The notes beneath the pieces were generated by a model. The model was given only the letters and a program-made list of their open reading frames with translations, made no database searches and had not been told where the DNA came from. From Candidatus Saccharimonadota bacterium (GTDB taxonomy: Bacteria > Patescibacteriota > Saccharimonadia > Saccharimonadales > UBA4665): a DNA stretch of 64,000 bases. The stretch covers positions 4,873 to 68,872 of the forward strand of contig JACMPA010000026.1 of NCBI GenBank assembly GCA_014377695.1, read 5' to 3'. The position numbers were made by a program, and so were the translations under genes. Below are positions 38,735 to 48,066 of this stretch, one piece after another (the first letter of the stretch is position 1; every line of letters starts with the position of its first letter).

Positions 38735-38763
38735 TTGACAACTTCTCTCAACTGAATAAAGAT
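38735..38763 (+). promoter_or_regulatory. Sigma-70-like promoter ahead of pilin paralog 1
   Basis: TTGACA(38735-38740)-N17-AAAGAT(38758-38763), followed by AGCAGCA. Confidence 0.4.
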
Positions 38764-38794
38764 AGCAGCATTAACGTAACGAGGTTATGCTTAC

Positions 38795-39478
38795 ATGCAA
38801 AACTTAAAACTAAAAAGTACAGCAACAAACCAGGGTGGGTTTACGCTTATTGAACTTTTAGTAGTAATTGGCATCCTTGCCATCCTACTCGCAATCACCC
38901 TAATCGCTATCAACCCTACTAAGCACTTCCAGGATACAAGGAATGCCAAGCGCTCATCAGATGTCGCAGCAATTCTCGATTCTATCTATGAGTACGAGTC
39001 AGGCAATAACGGAGCCCAGCCAGCATCTGTGTCAGGTGTGACCGCAACCCCAACAGCTGTCGGCGGAGTTTCTCAGGCCGCTACCGGCACTACGTTTGCC
39101 AACCCTAACCTGACCTACACCGGATTTACGGCTAATACGATTACTAGCGGTACTGTAAAAGTAACCGGCTGTGCCACAGCAGCTAACAACGGCAGCTATC
39201 CTGTTACGACCGGAAACGCAACGAGTATCACAGTCACCAACGCCAGCGGCGTTGCCGGCGATACTACTTGTGTCATCACTGGATGGTCAAGCCGCATTAA
39301 CATCTGTGCCGACGTCGTACCGACCTATCTAGCAGCCTTACCAATGGATCCAAGCGCAACGGGAACTTCTTGTACCTCAAGCTTCAACACCGGCTACACC
39401 ATAGCCGCTACTGGTGGACGCTTTACTATCGCTGCACCTAGTGCCGAAGGCGGCGCAGTCATTACCGTTACCCGCTAA
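38795..39478 (+). CDS. Type IV major pilin paralog 1
   Basis: G|FTLIELLVVIGILAILLAITLIAINP. Cys-bracketed insert. C-terminus RFTIAAPSAEGGAVITVTR. Confidence 0.88.
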   Translation: MQNLKLKSTATNQGGFTLIELLVVIGILAILLAITLIAINPTKHFQDTRNAKRSSDVAAILDSIYEYESGNNGAQPASVSGVTATPTAVGGVSQAATGTTFANPNLTYTGFTANTITSGTVKVTGCATAANNGSYPVTTGNATSITVTNASGVAGDTTCVITGWSSRINICADVVPTYLAALPMDPSATGTSCTSSFNTGYTIAATGGRFTIAAPSAEGGAVITVTR

Positions 39479-39520
39479 GACTGCCGAAATACATTAACTG
39501 ACCGAATAAGGAAACCAAAA

Positions 39521-40207
39521 ATGAAACAACTCAATTTCCAACGTAATCTGAAAGACCAAAGCGGTTTTACCCTGATAGAGCTACTTGTAGTTATCGGTAT
39601 CCTTGCCATCTTACTAGCTATCACGCTGATTGCCATTAACCCAACCAAGCACTTCCAAGATACCCGAAACGCCAAGCGTTCGTCCGATGTTGCGGCTATC
39701 CTCGACTCAATCTACGAGTACGAGTCCAGCAATAACGGTGCCCAGCCACCAGCAGTTACCGGTGTTAGTGCTGCCGTTGCATTAGGTGCGATTCCATCAC
39801 AAACTGCTACCGCCACAAGCTTTTCAACACCGAACCTAACCTTAACCGTTCCATCTGGTAACATCATTACTACTGGTACCGTCACCATCACTGGCTGTAG
39901 CCAGGCTGCCGACAACGGTGCCTACCCTGTCACAGCCGGAACGCTTACGAGCATCACCGTTACCAACGCTACTGCTTCCGCTACCAGTGCCACCGGTTGC
40001 GTAATATCAGCTTGGACCGGCCGCGTCGACCTCTGTGCAAACGTTGTTCCGACCTACCTCGCTAACCTACCAATGGACCCATCCTCAGCTGATACAGCTT
40101 GTGCTCCAACCTACAATTCTGGCTACACCATTGCTCGTGCCAACGGCCGCTTTACCATCGCTGCACCTAGTGCCGAAGGTGGCGCAGTAATCAGCGTAAC
40201 CCGTTAA
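39521..40207 (+). CDS. Type IV major pilin paralog 2
   Basis: Same N- and C-terminal blocks as paralog 1, with a different central cassette (TVPSGNIITTG). Confidence 0.88.
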   Translation: MKQLNFQRNLKDQSGFTLIELLVVIGILAILLAITLIAINPTKHFQDTRNAKRSSDVAAILDSIYEYESSNNGAQPPAVTGVSAAVALGAIPSQTATATSFSTPNLTLTVPSGNIITTGTVTITGCSQAADNGAYPVTAGTLTSITVTNATASATSATGCVISAWTGRVDLCANVVPTYLANLPMDPSSADTACAPTYNSGYTIARANGRFTIAAPSAEGGAVISVTR

Positions 40208-40217
40208 GGAGATTGAA

Positions 40218-40712
40218 ATGATTACGCAAAAGCTTAAACAGTCGAATCAAAACGGCTTCACACTCATCGAACTCTTAGTTGTTATCGGCATCCTGGCAAT
40301 CTTGCTAGCGATCACCCTAATAGCTATCAATCCGAACAAGCACTTCCAGGACACCCGTAATGCGAAGCGCTCGTCCGATGTTGCAGCACTCTTAGACGGA
40401 ATCTATGAGTACCAATCAGCCAACAGCGGTACATTGCCCCTAAGCGTGCGGGCTGGCACCATCCCAGCTGCCAGCAAAGTTGCCAGCACCGACATAAACC
40501 TGTGTGATGTCGTTCCAACGTATCTAGCTGATCTGCCAATGGACCCTGACTCAACAGTAACTGGCAGCTTTAGCACTGGTGCTTCGACACCGTGTAATGT
40601 CGCTACAACGTCATACGATACCGGTTACGAGATTGCTAAAACGGCAAATGGCCGCTTCACCCTATCTGCACCTTCCGCTGAAGGAGGCAGTACAATTAAC
40701 GTAACCCGCTAA
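40218..40712 (+). CDS. Type IV pilin paralog 3 (short form lacking the central insert of about 65 aa)
   Basis: NG|FTLIELLVVIGILAILLAITLIAINP ... RFTLSAPSAEGGSTINVTR. Confidence 0.85.
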   Translation: MITQKLKQSNQNGFTLIELLVVIGILAILLAITLIAINPNKHFQDTRNAKRSSDVAALLDGIYEYQSANSGTLPLSVRAGTIPAASKVASTDINLCDVVPTYLADLPMDPDSTVTGSFSTGASTPCNVATTSYDTGYEIAKTANGRFTLSAPSAEGGSTINVTR

Positions 40713-40735
40713 AACGGTTAGAACGTACATTTCAT

Positions 40736-40993
40736 ATGCCTACAGCTACAAAGCGCACTACGAAAACATCCCCCGCTAAGAGTCAATCCACTAAAAAGGC
40801 AGTTTCCAAAAGGCTGCCCAGCAAAAAACCGATAGCCCCCCGGGCTATCGGTAACACCGCAAAAACCCAGCCAACTCGCCGTGGTCGACTAACCAGCAGC
40901 GAAGAGTACTCTACGGCTACCTGGATACTGATCAGCATTTGGCTGGTATTGATAGCCATATTTATTGGTACATTCGTCGGCAAGAGTGGTTGA
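40736..40993 (+). CDS. Small basic tail-anchored membrane protein inside the pilin array
   Basis: K/R/T-rich N-terminal 60 aa and a single C-terminal TM (WILISIWLVLIAIFIGTFV). Confidence 0.4.
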   Translation: MPTATKRTTKTSPAKSQSTKKAVSKRLPSKKPIAPRAIGNTAKTQPTRRGRLTSSEEYSTATWILISIWLVLIAIFIGTFVGKSG

Positions 40994-41039
40994 ATAAGTT
41001 CGTAGTACTGCTTAACGACAAGATAGCAAAGCGCTTATG

Positions 41040-41068
41040 TTGACATTTTTATATATTTAATCAATGAT
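41040..41068 (+). promoter_or_regulatory. Sigma-70-like promoter ahead of pilin paralog 4
   Basis: TTGACA(41040-41045)-N17-AATGAT(41063-41068), followed by AGTATCA. Same architecture as at 38735. Confidence 0.4.
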
Positions 41069-41098
41069 AGTATCAACAACACTAAACGGTAAACCAAC

Positions 41099-41785
41099 AT
41101 GAAAAAAACACACAGTTCCCAGGACGGATTCACCCTTATCGAGCTATTAGTCGTAATCGGCATCTTAGCAATCCTATTAGCCATTACGCTCATCGCCATA
41201 AACCCAACTAAGCACTTCCAGGATAGTCGTAATGCCCAACGTCAGTCTGATGTAGCAGCACTTCTTGATGGAGTATACGAGTACCAAGCTGCTAACTCCG
41301 GTACCATTCCAGCAGTCTTAACTTCATATGTGAGCCCAACGGTCGCTAAAAGCCTCGGAGCACTGCCAAACCAAACAGCAACAGGCACAACGTTCGCGAA
41401 CCCTAACCTTACCTTCACCGGTCTCACTACCAACACCATCACATCAGGTACTGTCACCATTACTGGCTGTTCGCAAGCTGCTGACAACGGCACATTCCCT
41501 GTCACTTCCGGAACAGCCACTACTTTGGTTGTCACCAATGCCAGTGGCGTAGCTGCTGCAACCGGTTGTGTAATTGCTGGTTCTCGCATTGACCTCTGTT
41601 CTGCCTTAGTCCCAAGCTATATTGCAGCGCTTCCAATGGATCCAAGCACCACAGTCAGCAGTGGTACCCAATGTACCGCTACCTACAATACTGGTTACAC
41701 TATTCAGTCTAACGTCGCCGGTAACCGCTATACTGTCGCTGCACCTGGTGCTGAAAACTCAGTTGTCATCAGCGTAACTCGTTAA
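41099..41785 (+). CDS. Type IV major pilin paralog 4
   Basis: DG|FTLIELLVVIGILAILLAITLIAINP ... NRYTVAAPGAENSVVISVTR. Confidence 0.88.
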   Translation: MKKTHSSQDGFTLIELLVVIGILAILLAITLIAINPTKHFQDSRNAQRQSDVAALLDGVYEYQAANSGTIPAVLTSYVSPTVAKSLGALPNQTATGTTFANPNLTFTGLTTNTITSGTVTITGCSQAADNGTFPVTSGTATTLVVTNASGVAAATGCVIAGSRIDLCSALVPSYIAALPMDPSTTVSSGTQCTATYNTGYTIQSNVAGNRYTVAAPGAENSVVISVTR

Positions 41786-41803
41786 CACTTACATCCAGAC
41801 GTC

Positions 41804-42529
41804 ATGACTAACCCTTTCTATATCGCCTTGACTAATAAGTTGCAGCCCTCCGTCAAAAACGAAGATGGCTTTACGCTCATAGAATTACTCGTGGTCATAG
41901 GTATCCTAGCAATCTTGTTAGCCATTACAATCGTCGCAATCAATCCGACATTACAGTTCCAAAATGCCCGCAATGCGCAACGTCAATCGGACGTTGCGGC
42001 AATCCTCGACGGCGTGTATGAGTATCAAGCATCGAATGCTGGGGCCGTACCGTCTAATTTGTCATCGTACATCAGTACCACCGTCGCCAAAAACTTGGGT
42101 GCACTGCCGAACCAAACAGCTACGAGTACAACGTTCGCGAACCCTAACCTTACCTACACTGTTCCATCAGGCAACATCATTACCTCAGGTACGGTTACGG
42201 TCACCAGCTGTACTCAAGCCGGTGACAATGGTACTTTCCCTGTAGTATCGGGCACCCTCACGACGATCGTCGTTACAAATGCTGGCGGCTCGGTTATCAG
42301 TGCAACCGGCTGCGTGATTGCTGGCTTCCGCATTGACCTCTGTTCTGCACTTGTCCCTACTTTTATTGCGGCCCTCCCAATGGACCCTAGCCCGACTGTG
42401 AGTAGCGGGGCACAGTGTGCTCTCACCTTCAATACAGGCTATACCATCCTGTCCAATGCCGCCGGTAACCGCTACACGGTTGCTGCTCCTGGAGCGGAAG
42501 CCGGTGCTACTATTAGCATTACTCGTTAA
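41804..42529 (+). CDS. Type IV major pilin paralog 5
   Basis: DG|FTLIELLVVIGILAILLAITIVAINP ... NRYTVAAPGAEAGATISITR. Confidence 0.88.
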   Translation: MTNPFYIALTNKLQPSVKNEDGFTLIELLVVIGILAILLAITIVAINPTLQFQNARNAQRQSDVAAILDGVYEYQASNAGAVPSNLSSYISTTVAKNLGALPNQTATSTTFANPNLTYTVPSGNIITSGTVTVTSCTQAGDNGTFPVVSGTLTTIVVTNAGGSVISATGCVIAGFRIDLCSALVPTFIAALPMDPSPTVSSGAQCALTFNTGYTILSNAAGNRYTVAAPGAEAGATISITR

Positions 42530-43467
42530 GCTCGTGCCTTCAAGTAGCCTCTTTTCACGACAAGTATAAATGCTCCCGAGCCAATAATCAGCGGTATCCA
42601 AAAAGTACATACTCGGTATAGCAGCGCGGTGGCTAAGGCCATGTCGTTGTTGACGCCCATTGCGACTAATCCGGTATAGGCGCCGGCTTCAGCCGCACCA
42701 ACCCCACCCGGTGTAGGGACAATCGAAGTAGCCAACACGCTTGCACTCAGCGCAATGATTGCCGTCGCAAGTGATAAGTGCACACCGACTGCTGCAGCTG
42801 ACGCAAAGAGACTCACTGCGTAACTCAGGGTAATGAGCATCGAAGCGCTGAGCGCCTTGAGCAAGTCGCGCGGATGGGTCAGTAAAGACTTGAGTGGCTG
42901 TACGAAGTTCGCTAACTTGCTGCGCAGCAGTATCGCAAGACCGGCGGCGAGTAGCCCGACAACACTTAGGATTTGGATACCGGTCGTAACCGTATTGGAT
43001 GCAATATCCAGTGACCCCAAAGCACTTGGCTCGAACAGAATAAAAAATAAGAATAAAAGTACGTGTCCTAGTAGCCCAAGTATGTTGTTGAGGAGTACGA
43101 CCGCTCCGGCCTGAACGGTGGAAACCTTATTTGCTCTCAGGTACAAAAAACTTGTTCCAGCTGCACCGGATCCGCTTGGTAACAGCTTGTTTACACAAAA
43201 GCCCGCCATCTGAACCAATAGCGTACGGCCAAAGCGCAGCGGTTTTGGACTAAGTACTTTGTATACAAGTGTTGAAGCTGGCAGGGTAGCAAACATTGCA
43301 ACGATACCAAGTACGAGCCAGCCAGTGTTGGCATGTGTGGCAGATTGCGCTGCTTGCACTATAGTAGCCCGCTGGCGAACTAGTAATACTACTAATAGAC
43401 ATATAATACCGATATATAGTAGGTAACGGATATACCCGTGCTGATTCGCTTGCACCGGCTTTGACAT
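42526..43467 (-). CDS. Flippase-like / lysylphosphatidylglycerol-synthase TM-region family membrane protein (UPF0104)
   Basis: Eight TM segments; NKLLPSGSGAAGTSFLYL and VPTPGGVGAAEAG motifs. Confidence 0.75.
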   Translation of the reverse strand: MSKPVQANQHGYIRYLLYIGIICLLVVLLVRQRATIVQAAQSATHANTGWLVLGIVAMFATLPASTLVYKVLSPKPLRFGRTLLVQMAGFCVNKLLPSGSGAAGTSFLYLRANKVSTVQAGAVVLLNNILGLLGHVLLFLFFILFEPSALGSLDIASNTVTTGIQILSVVGLLAAGLAILLRSKLANFVQPLKSLLTHPRDLLKALSASMLITLSYAVSLFASAAAVGVHLSLATAIIALSASVLATSIVPTPGGVGAAEAGAYTGLVAMGVNNDMALATALLYRVCTFWIPLIIGSGAFILVVKRGYLKARA

Positions 43468-43519
43468 GGGTTAAGCGTAAAAGTTTTTAAGTCTAAACGC
43501 AAGTGTGGGTGCTAAATCG

Positions 43520-43549
43520 TTAACCAATATATTTACATATATTGGTTAA
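43520..43549. promoter_or_regulatory. Perfect 13-bp inverted repeat; candidate MarR operator
   Basis: ttaaccaatatat-ttac-atatattggttaa, ending 30 bp upstream of the marR start codon. Confidence 0.45.
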
Positions 43550-43579
43550 GATACTATACTATTTAGGTACTTAACTATT

Positions 43580-44020
43580 ATGAATAGATCTCACATCATC
43601 GCTAGTCTGTTCGATACCATGGATATCGCTAAACGTTCCATGCAAAGCCAGATGCATAGCATTCTGGCTGGGTATAGTATTTCTCGAACTCAGTTAGAGC
43701 TATTATTCACTATCAAGCACTCTCAACCGGTTACTGCGGTTCAGTTAGCTAAGAAATTGCAGCTCACACCAGGTGCGATTTCTCAGTTAGCTGAGGAGCT
43801 CGATAAACAGTTCTTAATTGTACGTGCGGTAGACCAATCAGATCGGCGCCGACAGGTGCTCATAGTTTCACCCACTGGTATTGAACTACTGCGAACAATC
43901 GATAAGCGCCGGCGAGCAGTTATGGAGCGCGTCATGCTAGAACTATCTGATGCAGAATTAGCCACCTGGCTTACCATCAACAACACAATGATTAAAGAAT
44001 TTAAAGATCACCAAAGTTAA
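43580..44020 (+). CDS. MarR family transcriptional regulator
   Basis: Winged HTH: [41 protein letters not shown]...[10 protein letters not shown]. Confidence 0.85.
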   Translation: MNRSHIIASLFDTMDIAKRSMQSQMHSILAGYSISRTQLELLFTIKHSQPVTAVQLAKKLQLTPGAISQLAEELDKQFLIVRAVDQSDRRRQVLIVSPTGIELLRTIDKRRRAVMERVMLELSDAELATWLTINNTMIKEFKDHQS

Positions 44021-44040
44021 CATTAGAAAGAGTATCGGCT

Positions 44041-45669
44041 ATGTTTATATGCAAATTTGTGCCTAAAAAGCTGTCTCGACAAATAGTACGTGGCGCGGAA
44101 GTTGCTTCCCAGCCTAGCATTGGGCTACCCGTAGACGCGCAACCCGACCAACGGCCTCATGCCGAAATAATGGTAATTATTTCGGCGTTAATCCTCGTAA
44201 TGCTACTGGCTGCTTTGGATCAAACCATTGTATCGACTGCCCTCCCCACCATTGCGAATGAATTAGATGGGTTTAGTAAGTATTCATGGGTTGCAACGGC
44301 GTATTTACTTGCGAGTGCCGTCAGTACCCCGATCTATGGCAAGATCAGTGATATGTTCGGCCGTAAAAAAATTCTTCAAATAGCAATTACCATCTTCCTG
44401 ATTGGATCAGTCCTCTGTGGCGTCGCCCAAAGCATGAACCAACTAATCTTCTTCCGAGGCCTGCAAGGCCTCGGTGCCGGTGGTCTGATGACCCTAGTCT
44501 TTGCCGTTATTGGTGACGTGGTACCGCCGCGGGAACGTGGTAAATACCAAGGCTATTTTGGCGGTGTCTTTGCTATCTCTAGCGTTGTCGGCCCATTACT
44601 GGGCGGGCTCTTTACGGACCATCTGAGCTGGCGCTGGGTCTTCTTCGTGAATATACCGGTTGGTGCTATTGCGGCAGCTGCTATCGCCTATCGCCTACAC
44701 CTTCCAACTAAAACGTCCCAACACAAAGTAGACTGGGCTGGAGCTAGCATCCTGGCTATCGCAATCACGTCTCTGCTGCTGGCCACCATTTGGGGCGGCG
44801 TCAACTACCGCTGGGGTTCATTTCAAATTATCGGCCTCTTTGCAGCCGCCATTATTAGTACTGGGTTATTTATCTGGCGCGAAAGCAAAGCCGCCGAACC
44901 GATCATCTCGCTTGATCTGTTCAAAAACCGTGTCTTCCGTGTCATAACCATCCTCAGTACTGTTGTCGGCTTAGTTATGTTTGGCGCAATCATTTTCATC
45001 CCACAGTATCAGCAGGTTGTACGGGGTGATTCAGCCACGAAGTCCGGACTGATGATGCTACCGCTGGTGCTCGGCATCATGACCGCTTCACTGATTTCTG
45101 GCCGATTGATCAGTAGGTTCGGTAGCTACCGCAAATTCCCTATTATTGGTAGCGTTCTAATGATCGTGGCTTTCTTCCTGTTCGGGCACATCGCTATTGA
45201 TACGAGCCGAGTGGCAATTGGAATATGGATGTTCATCCTTGGTGCTGGCATTGGTCTGATCATGCCCGTCCTGACACTAGCCGCACAAAACGCCGTTGAA
45301 CGTAAAGACCTGGGGACCGCTACATCTACGGTGGTCTTCTTCCGAAGTATCGGCAGCACACTTGGCGCCGCAATTTTTGGCGCGATTTTGACTAACCGCT
45401 TGGCGCATCACGTCAGCGAACAGGTATCTGGCGCTAATGGAACCGCGGTGGCGGAACAATTGCACAAAAACACGGCTGTCATTCAAACCTTGCCGACCGA
45501 AACACAAGGAAAGGTGTTACTAGCTTTCGCAAACTCGTTCCATGATGTCTTCCTGATAGCGATTCCCTTCGCAGTTGTTGCGTTACTTGTAACGCTGTTC
45601 TTACAAGAAGCTCCGCTTAAAACTGGCAAAGAGCGCGCCAGTGAAGCCGCCCACTACCCCACCGAATAA
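44041..45669 (+). CDS. MFS transporter, DHA2 (EmrB/QacA-like, 14-TMS) family
   Basis: [28 protein letters not shown], and about 14 hydrophobic segments. Confidence 0.88.
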   Translation: MFICKFVPKKLSRQIVRGAEVASQPSIGLPVDAQPDQRPHAEIMVIISALILVMLLAALDQTIVSTALPTIANELDGFSKYSWVATAYLLASAVSTPIYGKISDMFGRKKILQIAITIFLIGSVLCGVAQSMNQLIFFRGLQGLGAGGLMTLVFAVIGDVVPPRERGKYQGYFGGVFAISSVVGPLLGGLFTDHLSWRWVFFVNIPVGAIAAAAIAYRLHLPTKTSQHKVDWAGASILAIAITSLLLATIWGGVNYRWGSFQIIGLFAAAIISTGLFIWRESKAAEPIISLDLFKNRVFRVITILSTVVGLVMFGAIIFIPQYQQVVRGDSATKSGLMMLPLVLGIMTASLISGRLISRFGSYRKFPIIGSVLMIVAFFLFGHIAIDTSRVAIGIWMFILGAGIGLIMPVLTLAAQNAVERKDLGTATSTVVFFRSIGSTLGAAIFGAILTNRLAHHVSEQVSGANGTAVAEQLHKNTAVIQTLPTETQGKVLLAFANSFHDVFLIAIPFAVVALLVTLFLQEAPLKTGKERASEAAHYPTE

Positions 45670-45903
45670 ACCAAAGCCGTACTCTCTGCAGGTTGATTTA
45701 GGTGCAACGGCCAGTTTCAACTGCAGCTTTTTGCTACGCGGTAAAATCCTCAACGGCGAACAGTTCTGCATCCCTGGCTGACATATCGCACGGCAATCGA
45801 TCCATAACTTCAGTGAAAGTATGCATGCGGCAACTCCGCTCGGTGCCCTCGAGCAAACTTACTACAATTGGTATCGTAAGGTTATGCTCTCGGGCATGGA
45901 AGC

Positions 45904-46239
45904 TTACGTAGTCAGCTTCGGCCAAATTACTTTGGCGGAAATTGTTTTAGCCGGAAGCCATCCCAGGGTTCGGCTATCAGTACTTTCGCTCGGGTTATCT
46001 CCCAGTAAATATACTAAGTCGCCTTCATGATGTTCAATGCGCTTAATTTTTTCCAAACCATCATGGGTAACGATAACCACGTCCCCAACGGTTAAATCTC
46101 GCGTTTGGCGGGCAACGACCAATTGGCCATCAGCTAACGTTGGCAGCATGCTGTTGCCGTTGACCCGTCGTAGCACAACTGGCGCTGGCGCTAGTCTACG
46201 ATTTCTTCGTGGCCCAGAATATTTCCGCGATCTCATCAA
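45904..46239 (-). CDS. sodX: S26-family peptidase; Ni-SOD maturation protease
   Basis: GNSMLPTL (catalytic Ser), GDNPSESTDSRTLG. Lies immediately downstream of sodN and overlaps it. Confidence 0.8.
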   Translation of the reverse strand: MMRSRKYSGPRRNRRLAPAPVVLRRVNGNSMLPTLADGQLVVARQTRDLTVGDVVIVTHDGLEKIKRIEHHEGDLVYLLGDNPSESTDSRTLGWLPAKTISAKVIWPKLTT

Positions 46240-46579
46240 TCATATCCAATAACTTTTGACCTTCTTCGGGCTCAGAATGATGCTTACATTCGCCGGCTTG
46301 TTTAGTTGCCTTCCAGAATTTATCATGCAACTCTGGATATTTGTCGAGGTGCTCAGGTTTGAAATAATCGGTCCATAATACCCATAGGTGGTGCTTTACG
46401 AGCTCAGCGCGTTCATCTTTGATAAATAAAGCACGTACGCGGTCGTCACCCTCAAAGTTCGCCATTTTTTCTTGAATCGCCTTGACGCTTTGGGCTTCAA
46501 TTTTGGCTTGGGCTGGATCATAGACACCACATGGCAGATCACAATGGGCATATACTGGTTTGATAAACGGTATTTTCAT
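46196..46579 (-). CDS. sodN: Nickel-containing superoxide dismutase precursor
   Basis: Ni-hook HCDLPCGVYDPAQA after a 12-aa propeptide (MKIPFIKPVYA|H). HHLWVLWTDYFKP, IFWATKK. Confidence 0.93.
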   Translation of the reverse strand: MKIPFIKPVYAHCDLPCGVYDPAQAKIEAQSVKAIQEKMANFEGDDRVRALFIKDERAELVKHHLWVLWTDYFKPEHLDKYPELHDKFWKATKQAGECKHHSEPEEGQKLLDMIDEIAEIFWATKKS

Positions 46580-46695
46580 GATTAGAACTCCTACTAGTGT
46601 TACTCCTAGTATAGTCTACATGCGGCCAGAGATCGTAAGATTTATACGACTGCCCGACAGTTGTTAGTTCGGACTAAGGCAGTTTTCTACTCGCC

Positions 46696-47355
46696 TTAAG
46701 CTTTTTTGCCTTCTTGAGCCCGCCATTTGGCTATCTCGGCATGATGGCCGTTTTGCAGCACTTCAGGTACTTTCAAACCTTGGAACTCGGCCGGTCGTGT
46801 GTATTGGGGGTATTCAATGCTCACATCATCGGCTTGGAACGATTCAATCTCGGCACTAGATTCACCGCCAAGTACACCGGGGAGTAAACGGACGACACTG
46901 TCTACAATGGTCATGGCCGGCAATTCTCCGCCAGTGAGCACGTAGTTGCCCAAACAATATTGCTTATCAACCCACTTGGTAATCCGCTCGTCGTAGCCTT
47001 CGTACCGAGGGCAAATCAGGATTATACCGTTACCCGCGACTCCTTCGGCCGCCAGGGCCTTCGCATCAGACTGCTTATAGACTTCACCCCTTGGAGTCGG
47101 CACAATGACTAGTGCTGACGGATCTCGAGCCTTAGCGGCCTCTATGGCCGCCACAACGGGTTCTATCATCAATAACATACCGTCGCCGCCGCCGTACGGC
47201 GTATCATCAACCTGCCGACGAGGCCCTACGCCATATTCCCGTAGATTAAGGAATTCGTATTCCACAATACCCCGGTCAGCGGCTTTCCAAAGCATTGAGT
47301 TGCCGAATACACCGGTGAACATGTCCGGGAATAGCGTGATTATCTGTATTTTCAT
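46696..47355 (-). CDS. trmD: tRNA (guanine37-N1)-methyltransferase
   Basis: IITLFPDMF, VDDTPYGGGDGML, ICPRYEGYDERI, GNYVLTGGELPA. Confidence 0.93.
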   Translation of the reverse strand: MKIQIITLFPDMFTGVFGNSMLWKAADRGIVEYEFLNLREYGVGPRRQVDDTPYGGGDGMLLMIEPVVAAIEAAKARDPSALVIVPTPRGEVYKQSDAKALAAEGVAGNGIILICPRYEGYDERITKWVDKQYCLGNYVLTGGELPAMTIVDSVVRLLPGVLGGESSAEIESFQADDVSIEYPQYTRPAEFQGLKVPEVLQNGHHAEIAKWRAQEGKKA

Positions 47356-47412
47356 CTGTTAATAGCCTACCATCATTGCATAATATTGACAAGTGTGTTA
47401 TAATTAGTAATA

Positions 47413-47823
47413 ATGACAGCTTCAGAATGCAATGATCTTCAATGCCCCATAGTAGCCTGGAACGGCAGCGCAGAAGCTGAAGCCCAGATGATCGAGACTG
47501 CTACGTATCAGCACGATGGCTTGGCAGAGCTAACCATAAAGTACGTTAACGAGTTTGAAGCAATGCTGAGGTCTGAACACACGCCGGATGATCTACGTGG
47601 ACGGGTGGAACTTTTAATTGAGCGAAGCCGTGCTGAATTACATAAAGCTATGGATACCCCCGATACATTACGATCTTTATCATTTGATTTACCGAGAGTA
47701 CGTCAATCATGTTTCGAGGGCACAACGCTCAGCAACGCAGCAAATGGTTGCCGCCGGCTCTGCGGCTCACTGGCTATAAATGAAGCTCAACGGCAAGACT
47801 TTTCACTGATCGCCGACGCTTAA
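47413..47823 (+). CDS. Hypothetical protein
   Basis: ORF only. Followed by a strong terminator. Confidence 0.4.
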   Translation: MTASECNDLQCPIVAWNGSAEAEAQMIETATYQHDGLAELTIKYVNEFEAMLRSEHTPDDLRGRVELLIERSRAELHKAMDTPDTLRSLSFDLPRVRQSCFEGTTLSNAANGCRRLCGSLAINEAQRQDFSLIADA

Positions 47824-47827
47824 AACC

Positions 47828-47854
47828 AAAAAGAACCCTGAAAAGGGTTCTTTT
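47828..47854 (+). terminator. Rho-independent terminator
   Basis: aaaagaaccc-tgaaaa-gggttctttt plus a T tail. Confidence 0.65.
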
Positions 47855-48066
47855 TGTCACATAAAGCTCCCAATCTGACCTATTGGCCTGACTGGCTCGC
47901 AAGAGCTCATCGTATCTGTTTATTTTTAAAGGATTCGTCCTTGGGACTAGCCGTAACTATAGCGAAAGCGCTATGCGATATCAAGCGTAAAATTAGATTT
48001 GAATCAGGCTAGCGTTACGGCCTCACATCGACACGCTACATACATAGCTCTAAGGATGCTACTGCT

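Noticed and set aside
38795-42529. Repeated, highly similar 5' segments spaced about 700 bp apart, considered as a CRISPR or tandem-repeat array.
   Set aside because: The repeats are the conserved N-terminal helices of full-length pilin ORFs. There are no short direct repeats with unique spacers and no cas genes in the window.
45734-45925. The 63-aa ORF between the MFS gene and sodX.
   Set aside because: It has no motif and no obvious RBS, it overlaps the sodX 3' end, and another ORF of similar size lies on the opposite strand. Coding status cannot be supported.
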